From Opitutales bacterium (GTDB lineage: Bacteria; Verrucomicrobiota; Verrucomicrobiia; Opitutales; Oceanipulchritudinaceae), in NCBI GenBank assembly GCA_049451775.1, contig JBMTVW010000001.1, forward strand, positions 178,234-210,233: 32,000 nucleotides of DNA, read 5' to 3'. Shown here one piece after another: positions 8,970 to 16,760 of this stretch (position 1 is the first letter of the stretch; each line of letters starts with the position of its first letter). A model generated the notes under the pieces. The model searched no databases. It was not told the origin of the DNA and was given only the letters and a program-made list of their open reading frames with translations. A program made the translations under genes and the position numbers.

Positions 8970-10058
8970 ATGAAAATATGGTCAGTGTTTAGTCTTGTAA
9001 TTGTATTTCATCTGGCAGTCATCGGACTGTTACTGGTCCAGCCTGGATGCCAGACCCAGTCGGGGGAAAAACCGCAACCGGAAATGACGGCTCCCCAGTC
9101 CGGATCCCCGCTCGCCGAGCCGCAGCAAACCCAGCCACTGGATTCTGCTTTTAACGCCGGATTGACCCCCCCGCCCAGCGCTGCCGGGCGATCCCTCAGT
9201 GCCCCGACCCGTCCGGTCGGATTAACCCGCGATGAACCGGATACGGGCCTGCTTCAGCCGGTGCTGGAACCGGTCCAGGACGGCCTCAACCTCCCCTCGG
9301 TCAAGCGGGAATACACGGTGCAGAAGGGGGACAACCTGACCCTGATCGCCCGTCGTGAAGGGGTGGAGCTGATGGACCTGCTTTCGGCCAACGGTCTTAA
9401 TCGCTCATCGACCATTTTTGTGGGCCAGAAGCTGATGATTCCGGGCGGAGATTCGTCCGGGGCAACCGAAAGTGTCGAGATCGAACATTCCGGCAAGCAG
9501 GTCGTGGTAGCCCGGGGGGACAACCTGAGCAAGATTGCCGCCCGCACCGGGACAACGGTCAAGGTCTTGAAGACCCTCAACGGCCTGACCAGTGATACCA
9601 TTTTTGTCGGCCAGAAACTGACCCTGCCGGAGAGCGCCTCGGTCGGGACGAGCGCTTCCGTCAGCCCGACTCCGCAGACCGCTCAGGTACCCCGGTCAGG
9701 ACAGGGCACCTATACCGTGCAAGGGGGCGATACCCCGGGTGCCATTGCCCGTAAGTTCGGGGTCTCGACCAGCGACCTGATGGCGGCCAACGGAATCACC
9801 GATGCCCGCCGCCTGTACGTGGGCAAGGTTCTGGTTATTCCGCAGCCCGGGTCCACGGTGACCACCGCTGTGACCTCCTCACCGGTTCAAGTGCAACCGG
9901 CTGAGCGTCGCACGCAGACTTTAACCCAACCGACGCAGCCTGTTCCCGCCGAGCCCACTGCGGAGGATTCCATGTCGATTCTGGAGGCCCTTGAAGACGA
10001 GGACCTTCCGTTCTCCGAGGTGGAGTTGGTCGGGGAAGGAGATAAGCCGGGAATTTGA
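8970..10058 (+). CDS. Secreted/lipoprotein-like protein with three LysM peptidoglycan-binding repeats and no catalytic domain
   Basis: Signal peptide ends in LLVQPGC (Cys27). Three LysM repeats are YTVQKGDNLTLIA...VGQKLMIP, VVVARGDNLSKIA...VGQKLTLP and YTVQGGDTPGAIA...VGKVLVIP. The linkers are Pro/Gln/Ser/Thr-rich and the C-terminal tail is acidic. SD AGAGGTGA lies 7 nt before the ATG. The stop overlaps the ftsW start. Confidence 0.85.
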   Translation: MKIWSVFSLVIVFHLAVIGLLLVQPGCQTQSGEKPQPEMTAPQSGSPLAEPQQTQPLDSAFNAGLTPPPSAAGRSLSAPTRPVGLTRDEPDTGLLQPVLEPVQDGLNLPSVKREYTVQKGDNLTLIARREGVELMDLLSANGLNRSSTIFVGQKLMIPGGDSSGATESVEIEHSGKQVVVARGDNLSKIAARTGTTVKVLKTLNGLTSDTIFVGQKLTLPESASVGTSASVSPTPQTAQVPRSGQGTYTVQGGDTPGAIARKFGVSTSDLMAANGITDARRLYVGKVLVIPQPGSTVTTAVTSSPVQVQPAERRTQTLTQPTQPVPAEPTAEDSMSILEALEDEDLPFSEVELVGEGDKPGI

Positions 10059-11212
10059 TGCGCAGCGCGGAAAGCCAGAGAATCTGGAGCTATACGATCG
10101 GCCGAAGGATGCCGGTGGTGTTCCTTGGGCTCTCCGTACTGTTCCTCAACGGACTCGGGCTAATTGTCCTCCTGAGCATCGGGCGGGCCCACGAGACCGG
10201 GCTGGGGGGGTACTTCCTGCGACAGTGCCTGTGGATGGGCATTGCGCTGACCGCATTCGGCATCGCCCTGACCTTTGACTACGAGAAGTGGCGCCGGGCT
10301 TCATGGTGGATCGGCTTGTCGGCGGTGGTACTGCTGGTGCTGGTCCTCGTCCCGGGGATCGGGATGAAAATCAACGGGGCCCGCCGGTGGATTGATATCG
10401 GGCCCATGAACATGCAGGTTTCCGATGTCGCGAAAATTGGCTACATACTGTGCCTGGCCCAGTATTTCTCGCTGGTGCAGCGCCAGCGCGAGCATCTGCT
10501 GAAGGGATTCATCGTTCCAATGGGGATCATCGGTATCTTCTTCATCTTGATCCTGATGCAGCCGGACTTCGGGACCGCCTTCCTTTTTGCCTTGGTGGGT
10601 GGGGCCATGTTGTTCCTTGCCGGCGCCTCCCTGAAATACCTTTTCCCGACCGCCATCGTGGGCGGCGGCCTCTTTTCAATGGCGATTGCCCACGACCCGG
10701 TCCGGCTGGGCCGGATCCTTGCCTTCATGGATGTCGAGGGCAACAGGAGCGAAGGTGCCTACCAGCTCTGGCAGGGAATTATGGGATTCGGGGCCGGCGG
10801 TGTAGGCGGCGTCGGGTTGGGCAACGGACGGCAGCAGTTCGCCTTTCTCCCGGAGGCCCACACGGACTTCATCTTCCCGATCATCGGGGAGGAACTGGGC
10901 CTGATTTTTACACTCTCGGTGGTGGGGGCCTTTGCCCTGTTCTTCATTGTCACCTGGCACCAGTTGCAAAAGGCGCCCAATATCTACCAGTTCCTGCTGG
11001 TCAGCGGATCGCTGCTCTTCATCAGCATGCAGGCCATGATCAACATGGGAGTCTCCACCGGGTGCCTTCCGACGAAGGGAATGTCCCTCCCGTTTATTTC
11101 CTATGGAGGCTCGAACCTAGTGGTTACCTACTTTCTGTTCGGGATCTTATGCCGTTCCATCTGGAGTTGGAACAATCCGCCCAAGTTTGCGCCCAGGGAG
11201 GTTGGCGTCTAG
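10058..11212 (+). CDS. ftsW: SEDS-family peptidoglycan glycosyltransferase / lipid II flippase candidate FtsW
   Basis: Roughly 10-TM protein with SEDS motifs (RRWIDIGPMNMQVSDVAKI, PEAHTDFIF, GCLPTKGMSLPFISYGGSN). ATG 10058 overlaps the upstream TGA; TTG 10055 is an alternative start. Confidence 0.93.
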   Translation: MRSAESQRIWSYTIGRRMPVVFLGLSVLFLNGLGLIVLLSIGRAHETGLGGYFLRQCLWMGIALTAFGIALTFDYEKWRRASWWIGLSAVVLLVLVLVPGIGMKINGARRWIDIGPMNMQVSDVAKIGYILCLAQYFSLVQRQREHLLKGFIVPMGIIGIFFILILMQPDFGTAFLFALVGGAMLFLAGASLKYLFPTAIVGGGLFSMAIAHDPVRLGRILAFMDVEGNRSEGAYQLWQGIMGFGAGGVGGVGLGNGRQQFAFLPEAHTDFIFPIIGEELGLIFTLSVVGAFALFFIVTWHQLQKAPNIYQFLLVSGSLLFISMQAMINMGVSTGCLPTKGMSLPFISYGGSNLVVTYFLFGILCRSIWSWNNPPKFAPREVGV

Positions 11213-11214
11213 GA

Positions 11215-12336
11215 ATGAAAAGGCCGGTCTACATCGTCTGCGGTGGCACGGGGGGGCATCTGGCTCCCGGCATCGCAACCGCCCAGCGTTTCCTTGACCG
11301 AGGAGTGCCGGTCGAGCTCATCATCAGCGAAAAGGAGGTCGACAGCCGTCTCCTCCAGTCGTATCCGGAAATTCCCTACATCCGGGCCAAGGGATCGCCC
11401 TTTGGCTGGACGCCCTTCCGCCTGGCAAGATTTCTCTTCAACTCGGTGCTCGGGGGCTTGCAAAGCCTGCGCCTCCTAGGCACCAACCAGCCTTCCGCCC
11501 TGATTGCCTTCGGGGGATACCTTAGTTTCAGTTTTGTGATGTCGGCCTGGTTCCAAAGGGTTCCGGTCATCCTGCACGAGGCCAACCGCAAGGTGGGCAA
11601 ATCGATCAAAACACTCGCGGGAATGGCCGACCGGGTCTATCTGCCCGAGGGGGTGGTTCTTCCCGGGGTGGAGCCGCGCCGCCTGAGGCGGATCGGTATG
11701 CCCCTTCGCAAGGAAGTCCGGCACCTGAAGAAAAGCGAGATCCGCGGCCTGCTCGGCGTTCCAGCGCATGCTAAAGTGCTGACGGTAGTCGGCGGCAGCC
11801 AGGGAGCGCTGGCCCTCAACGAGTGGGTTGAGCGGCACCGGCAAGCCCTTGCCTCGGAAGGTATTTGGATTAACCTCGTGGCCGGCCCGGGAAAGAAAAT
11901 CCTTCCGGATCTTGAGAGTTTCCAATCAGGCAACGGTGAGCCGGTCGAGGTCCGCACCTACGCTTTCCACCGTTCGCTGCACGAGTTGTTTTGCGCCTCG
12001 GACCTGGTTATTAGCCGGGCCGGAGCGGGAACCATTGCTGAGCTGGTGGCCTGCCTGACTCCCTCGATCCTGATCCCGTACCCGCATGCGGCGGACCGGC
12101 ATCAGCTGGCCAACGCGCAGGACCTCGAGGTGCGGGGAGGGTGTGTGGTGGTGCCTCAGGAGAAGCTCGAGACACTCTTGGACGAAGTCATGGACATGAT
12201 GTACAACGACTGGATGCTGGGTCGCATGCGCAACAACCTCCGCAAGCTCATCCACGAGGATCCGGCCGAAGTGATCGTCGAATACGTGACGCGTACCTGC
12301 GTCTTTAGTCAGCAAGGGGAGGATAGGCCGCAATGA
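11215..12336 (+). CDS. murG: UDP-N-acetylglucosamine--N-acetylmuramyl-(pentapeptide) pyrophosphoryl-undecaprenol GlcNAc transferase MurG
   Basis: MKRPVYIVCGGTGGHLAPGIA N-terminal G-loop, HEANRKVG, GGSQGA and SRAGAGTIAEL. The ATG lies 2 nt after the ftsW TAG. The 628-aa ORF in the track (10450..) is this gene plus a spurious out-of-frame extension across ftsW. Confidence 0.93.
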   Translation: MKRPVYIVCGGTGGHLAPGIATAQRFLDRGVPVELIISEKEVDSRLLQSYPEIPYIRAKGSPFGWTPFRLARFLFNSVLGGLQSLRLLGTNQPSALIAFGGYLSFSFVMSAWFQRVPVILHEANRKVGKSIKTLAGMADRVYLPEGVVLPGVEPRRLRRIGMPLRKEVRHLKKSEIRGLLGVPAHAKVLTVVGGSQGALALNEWVERHRQALASEGIWINLVAGPGKKILPDLESFQSGNGEPVEVRTYAFHRSLHELFCASDLVISRAGAGTIAELVACLTPSILIPYPHAADRHQLANAQDLEVRGGCVVVPQEKLETLLDEVMDMMYNDWMLGRMRNNLRKLIHEDPAEVIVEYVTRTCVFSQQGEDRPQ

Positions 12337-13280
12337 ACCTGAAACAACAGCTTGAATCCCTTGGATGCCGGGTGGCAGTCCTTTGCGGTGGCCGGAGCAA
12401 TGAACGCGAAGTCTCCCTCGTTTCCGGACGATCCGTGGCGCAGGCATTGGCCGATAGGGAGGTGCCCCATGATTTGTTTGAGCTTTCCGAAAACGCCCTT
12501 CCGGACAAGCTCGACCCGCGGGTCCATCTTGTCCTGCCGGTCATCCATGGCACCTACGGCGAGGATGGTGGCCTGAGCGCTGACCTTGATCGGGGCGGAT
12601 TTGTCTACGCCGGGTGCGATGCTTCTTCCAGTGTCCTTTGCTTTGACAAGCTGAGCAGCAAGGGTATCGCCGCCAGGGTGGGACTGACGGTCGCTCCCGA
12701 GCGCTGGCTGCAAGCCGGACAGTCCGTTGATTTTGAGGATTTGGCCTCGGATCTGGCCCCCCCCCTGATCCTGAAACCACGCCGGGACGGCAGCAGCGTG
12801 GGCCTGCACTTGGTGAGTGATGCGGCCGGGCTTGCCGCGGCTGAACCGGACCTGAACCGGACCGACTATCTGGCTGAGCCATTTTACCCCGGGTACGACC
12901 TGACGGTGGGAATCGTCGATGGGCGGGCTCTTGGAGTGGTCGGGGTGCATTCCGAGGGGGGGCTTTACGATTACCAACACAAGTACACCAGCGGCCTGAG
13001 CCGTTACGAGGTTCCGGCCCGGATTGGGGAGGAGCTCGCCGAACGACTGCGGGACTGGAGTGAAACCATCTTCCGGGCCTGCGGGTGCCGGGACCTTGCC
13101 CGGGTGGATTACCGTCTTTCCCCGGATGGGGGGGTGATTTTCCTGGAAATCAACACCCTTCCCGGGATGACGCCGACCAGCCTGCTGCCAAAGTCGGCAC
13201 AGTGTACCGGACTTTCCTTTGAGGACCTGGTACTCAAATGGGTGCAGCTTTCGCTTAATCGTTACCGAGATCGATTGTAA
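12333..13280 (+). CDS. ddl: D-alanine--D-alanine ligase
   Basis: VAVLCGGRSNEREVSLVSG, HGTYGEDGGL, and an ATP-grasp core with EINTLPGMTPTSLLPK. It has an ATGA overlap with murG and the SD AAGGGGAGGA. Confidence 0.93.
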   Translation: MNLKQQLESLGCRVAVLCGGRSNEREVSLVSGRSVAQALADREVPHDLFELSENALPDKLDPRVHLVLPVIHGTYGEDGGLSADLDRGGFVYAGCDASSSVLCFDKLSSKGIAARVGLTVAPERWLQAGQSVDFEDLASDLAPPLILKPRRDGSSVGLHLVSDAAGLAAAEPDLNRTDYLAEPFYPGYDLTVGIVDGRALGVVGVHSEGGLYDYQHKYTSGLSRYEVPARIGEELAERLRDWSETIFRACGCRDLARVDYRLSPDGGVIFLEINTLPGMTPTSLLPKSAQCTGLSFEDLVLKWVQLSLNRYRDRL

Positions 13281-14173
13281 TGGCCAAAGGAAAGGAACAA
13301 CCCCGCAGTTCATGGCGGACGATTCAACAGAAGAATCAACGCGGTAAGGCGACCACCAAGGTGGCCCGGAAGAGGCGGCTGGTACTGCTCCTGCGCAGTG
13401 CCCTCCTGATCCTCCTCCTGATGGCGATTGTGACCGGGGTGGTCCTGTTGAAGTACTTCGGGGGCATGCCGGAGAGCCCGGCCGAGCCGGCGGGCCCGAC
13501 CCTGGTGGAAGTCGACTTCCTTTCCAACGGTGTCCTGACGGATAAGTGGTTCCATGAACGATTCCCGGAGATCCGCATGACGGACATCCGGCAAATCGAT
13601 GTTCACCAGTTGAAGGAAACCCTTGCCGGGCATGGGCAGGTGAGAAGCGCCAGCGTAACGGTCATCCTGCCATCCGAGTTGAAAATCGAGCTGGAAGAGA
13701 GGGAACCAGTCCTGCGTATCCGGTTGCGGGACAGCGAAGGCCGGCCGCTGACTCTTTTGGTCGGGCGGGACGGTGTCCTGTTCGAGGGTGCGGCCTACCC
13801 GCAGGAGACCTTGCTGCGCCTGCCCGGAGTCGCCGGCTTGAGGGTCAAGATGGGCGAGGACGGCTACCTTCCCATCAGTGGACTGGAACCTGTGGCCCAG
13901 CTTCTCGACCTGGCAAAGGAAAAGCTGCCCGCGCTTTACGGGCATTGGAAGGTCGTCGATCTGTCCGACTGGAATCCGGAGATCGATTACCGGCCCTCGC
14001 TGATCCGAGTGGTCAGCAGCCACATCGAGGAAATTATTTTCTCTTCAAATGGACTGGAGGAGCAGGTTGATCAGCTGGGGGGAATCCTTCAGCACATTCA
14101 ACGTTATCAATTGGGGCAACCGAAGTCGATTGACTTGTCATTCGGTGAGGAAGCCGTTATCCGCTACAAGTGA
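13280..14173 (+). CDS. ftsQ: Cell division protein FtsQ (POTRA domain)
   Basis: Basic N-terminus, a single TM (LVLLLRSALLILLLMAIVTGVVLL), and a POTRA-like segment (IRQIDVHQLKETLAGHGQVRSASVTVILPSELKIELEEREPV). It sits in the canonical slot before ftsA, with a TAATG overlap with ddl. Confidence 0.8.
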   Translation: MAKGKEQPRSSWRTIQQKNQRGKATTKVARKRRLVLLLRSALLILLLMAIVTGVVLLKYFGGMPESPAEPAGPTLVEVDFLSNGVLTDKWFHERFPEIRMTDIRQIDVHQLKETLAGHGQVRSASVTVILPSELKIELEEREPVLRIRLRDSEGRPLTLLVGRDGVLFEGAAYPQETLLRLPGVAGLRVKMGEDGYLPISGLEPVAQLLDLAKEKLPALYGHWKVVDLSDWNPEIDYRPSLIRVVSSHIEEIIFSSNGLEEQVDQLGGILQHIQRYQLGQPKSIDLSFGEEAVIRYK

Positions 14174-14200
14174 TCATATCATTGATGAAAGTATGGGCAA

Positions 14201-15415
14201 ATGAGTCGGTCAAAAATAGTTGGTGCCATTGAGATAGGAACATCCAAAGTGGTTGTCCTGGTGGCGGAGATGACGGATGGCCGGTCGATGAATATCATCG
14301 GCCGCGGCCAGTCGACCAACGTTGGGATGAAGAAGGGTGAAATCATTGACATCCGCAGTGTCAGTGATTGCGCGCATGCGGCCATCATGGCCGCTGAAAG
14401 GGACGCTGAATGCCAGATCGAGCATGTCTACCTCTCGCTTTCCGGCTCACATCTCTGGGGATTCCGTCATGCCGGGGCAACCGCCATCACCGGGAGCGGG
14501 AACGTGGTTACGCAGACCGACATCCTGAGGGCCGTCGAGAATGCCAAGAGCAAGGCCCTCGAGCCCGGGGAAGTTTACATCCACCACATCCGGAATGGAT
14601 TTGTCCTCGACGGGAAACCGGTGGAGAACCCCATTTCCCGCCAAGGCTCCCATCTGGAGGTGCAGTATTGGCACGTGGCTGCCGACGAGCAGAAGGTCAA
14701 GGACCACATCAACGTCGTCAACGGGTTTGGGCTCGATGTGAACGATATCGTCGTTTCTTCCCTGGCATCCGGCAGCCTGCTGGCCACCGAGGAGGAAAAA
14801 CGGCAGGGTGTCCTGGTGGTCGACATCGGCAAGGGGGTGACCGACTACGCCCTTTACCGCGGGCGACGGGTCGTCCAGACGGGGGTCATCCCAGTTGGCG
14901 GCGATCACCTGACCAACGACCTCAGCCTTGGGCTACGGGTCAAGAGCAAGCTGGCCGAGAGCCTGAAGAAGCGCTCAGCCTGTGCCATGGTGCAGAAGGA
15001 GGACCGGAACAAGAAGGTTCCCCTGGTGGGCGACCTGAGTATCGGGGACAGTTTTCACTCGCAGTTGAGCATTAACAAGATCACCCATGCCCGACTGGAA
15101 GAGCTTTTCATCATTCTCAAGAACCAGCTGGGCAGCTATCTGACGCGAACCCATCTTCCCTGTGGGGTGATCCTGACCGGGGGCGTTTCCCGCACCCCGA
15201 TGATTGCGGACCTGGCGGAAGTGACCCTTGATGTGCCGGTTGCGCTGGCTGAATGCCCCGACTGGGTCCGGAGTTCCGAGCTGGGTGAACCCCAGTACTC
15301 AACAGTCCTCGGACTCCTCTATAACGCCCTGCACGATCAACGCAGCAACGCCCCCGGCAAAACCGAGCCCAAGCAAGCCAACTGGTTGCGCAAGGTGACG
15401 GGTCTTTTCGGATAA
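14201..15415 (+). CDS. ftsA: Cell division protein FtsA (actin-like ATPase)
   Basis: IVGAIEIGTSKVVVLV phosphate-1 motif, VVDIGKGVTDYALY, ILTGGVS, and a C-terminal amphipathic membrane-targeting helix (NWLRKVTGLFG). Confidence 0.93.
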   Translation: MSRSKIVGAIEIGTSKVVVLVAEMTDGRSMNIIGRGQSTNVGMKKGEIIDIRSVSDCAHAAIMAAERDAECQIEHVYLSLSGSHLWGFRHAGATAITGSGNVVTQTDILRAVENAKSKALEPGEVYIHHIRNGFVLDGKPVENPISRQGSHLEVQYWHVAADEQKVKDHINVVNGFGLDVNDIVVSSLASGSLLATEEEKRQGVLVVDIGKGVTDYALYRGRRVVQTGVIPVGGDHLTNDLSLGLRVKSKLAESLKKRSACAMVQKEDRNKKVPLVGDLSIGDSFHSQLSINKITHARLEELFIILKNQLGSYLTRTHLPCGVILTGGVSRTPMIADLAEVTLDVPVALAECPDWVRSSELGEPQYSTVLGLLYNALHDQRSNAPGKTEPKQANWLRKVTGLFG

Positions 15416-15432
15416 TCTACCTAGGACGATCA

Positions 15433-16692
15433 ATGGAACAGACCGGATTTTTCCCTGAGCAGGATCCACTCATTGAAGACCAGCTTCCCGACGGCTCCCT
15501 GCGGATCAAGATTATCGGAATTGGTGGTGCGGGAACCAATGCGGTCGACCGGATCAAGCTGGAAGACCTCGAGCAGGTACACCTGACCGCCATCGATACG
15601 GACGGCCAGGTCCTCAATTCCTCCCCGGTGGAGGAGACCTTCCTGCTCGGCCGGACCGTAACCAATGGCAAAAGCACCGGCGGTTCCGTCAACAAGGGCC
15701 AGCTGGCGGCTGAGGCTGATGGCAACGCCCTCAAGGAAATTGTCCGGGGCGTGGATCTGGTCTTCATTCTGGCGGGATTGGGCGGTGGAACCGGTAGCGG
15801 TGCAGCGCCCGTGCTGGCCCAGTTCGCCCGCGAGTCGGGTTCACTTGTTATCGCTTTCACGCCCCTGCCGTTCAAGAGGGAGGGGAGCGCCCGTTGTGAG
15901 CGGGCCGCCAAGGCACTGGACAACATGCGCAAGCATTGCCACGCGGTCATCCCTCTGCCCAACGACTTGATTTTCGAACAGGTGGAGGAGACGGCCACCC
16001 TGATGGAGGCGTTTGCCATGGCCGACAAGTGGATCAAGCTGGGGGTCCATTCCATCTGGTCCATGCTTTTCAATACGGGTTTGATAAACGTTGACTTCTC
16101 CACCCTGCAAAGCGCCCTCGCCGAACCCGGTGGAAGAACGATCTTCGGAACAGGATATGGTAAAGGCGAGAACCTGCTCCAGCAGGCCCTCAAGGACCTG
16201 GGGAAGTGCCCCCTGATGCATGTTGTCGAGCCTGGACACATCAAGGAAACCGATCAACTGATCCTCAACCTTACCGGTGGGCCCGACATGACCATGGCCA
16301 CCGTCAACAAGGCCATGGATATGATCAACGAGAAGTTCGGTTGCCGGAATTCCATTATCATGGGCGCTTCCATTGATGGCAGTTTTTACAACCAGCTCCG
16401 CATCACGATTATGGGAACGGTCAAGGGCCCCGGATTGACCCGGGGGTATGCTCCCGTCACCGCCGCCAGTATCCCCGAGAACGAGCCCGCGGCGCCGCCT
16501 CTTAAGCCGGCCGAATCTTTCCCCGGCAAGCAACCAGTATCCTCCCCAAGAAAGTCTCAGGAAGAGTTCGCCTTTCCCTCGCAGGACGAAAACCGGGGGC
16601 TCTTTGAACGCACCGGTCGCAATCTCCATGAGGGAGTCGATCTCGATATCCCCACCTACCTGAGACGAGGGATTAAAATTACTCGTTCCTGA
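15433..16692 (+). CDS. ftsZ: Cell division GTPase FtsZ (divergent T3/T7 loops)
   Basis: IGIGGAGTNAV, the tubulin signature GGGTGSGAAPV, IPLPND and NVDF. A disordered Pro-rich linker leads to the conserved C-terminal peptide DLDIPTYLRRG. Confidence 0.95.
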   Translation: MEQTGFFPEQDPLIEDQLPDGSLRIKIIGIGGAGTNAVDRIKLEDLEQVHLTAIDTDGQVLNSSPVEETFLLGRTVTNGKSTGGSVNKGQLAAEADGNALKEIVRGVDLVFILAGLGGGTGSGAAPVLAQFARESGSLVIAFTPLPFKREGSARCERAAKALDNMRKHCHAVIPLPNDLIFEQVEETATLMEAFAMADKWIKLGVHSIWSMLFNTGLINVDFSTLQSALAEPGGRTIFGTGYGKGENLLQQALKDLGKCPLMHVVEPGHIKETDQLILNLTGGPDMTMATVNKAMDMINEKFGCRNSIIMGASIDGSFYNQLRITIMGTVKGPGLTRGYAPVTAASIPENEPAAPPLKPAESFPGKQPVSSPRKSQEEFAFPSQDENRGLFERTGRNLHEGVDLDIPTYLRRGIKITRS

Positions 16693-16697
16693 GGGCG

Positions 16698-16731
16698 ATT
16701 GTTAAGGGTTAAAAATATTTAAATTAACAAT
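16698..16731. promoter_or_regulatory. AT-rich inverted repeat (ATTGTTAA-N18-TTAACAAT) in the ftsZ / TonB-receptor spacer; candidate operator or promoter
   Basis: A perfect 8-bp inverted repeat sits at 16698-16705 and 16724-16731, flanking the self-complementary AAATATTT (16713-16720). This is one of the most AT-rich stretches I noticed in the window. A possible sigma70-like TTGTTA-N17-AATTAA also lies here. Confidence 0.3.
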
Positions 16732-16760
16732 TGCCTATCCTTCCTGATTTGGCAGGAGAA

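Noticed and set aside
10450-12336. A 628-aa ORF that looks like a large fusion protein spanning ftsW and murG
   Set aside because: Only the last 373 aa (from ATG 11215, MKRPVYIVCGGTGGH...) are MurG. The first ~255 codons are an out-of-frame read through ftsW with Pro/Arg/Gly-rich junk composition, typical of stop-free alternative frames in GC-rich DNA.
16693-16760. Possible cobalamin or other riboswitch upstream of the BtuB-sized TonB-dependent receptor
   Set aside because: Only 68 nt are available between the ftsZ stop and the receptor start, which is too short for a cobalamin riboswitch. No B12-box-like sequence is visible.
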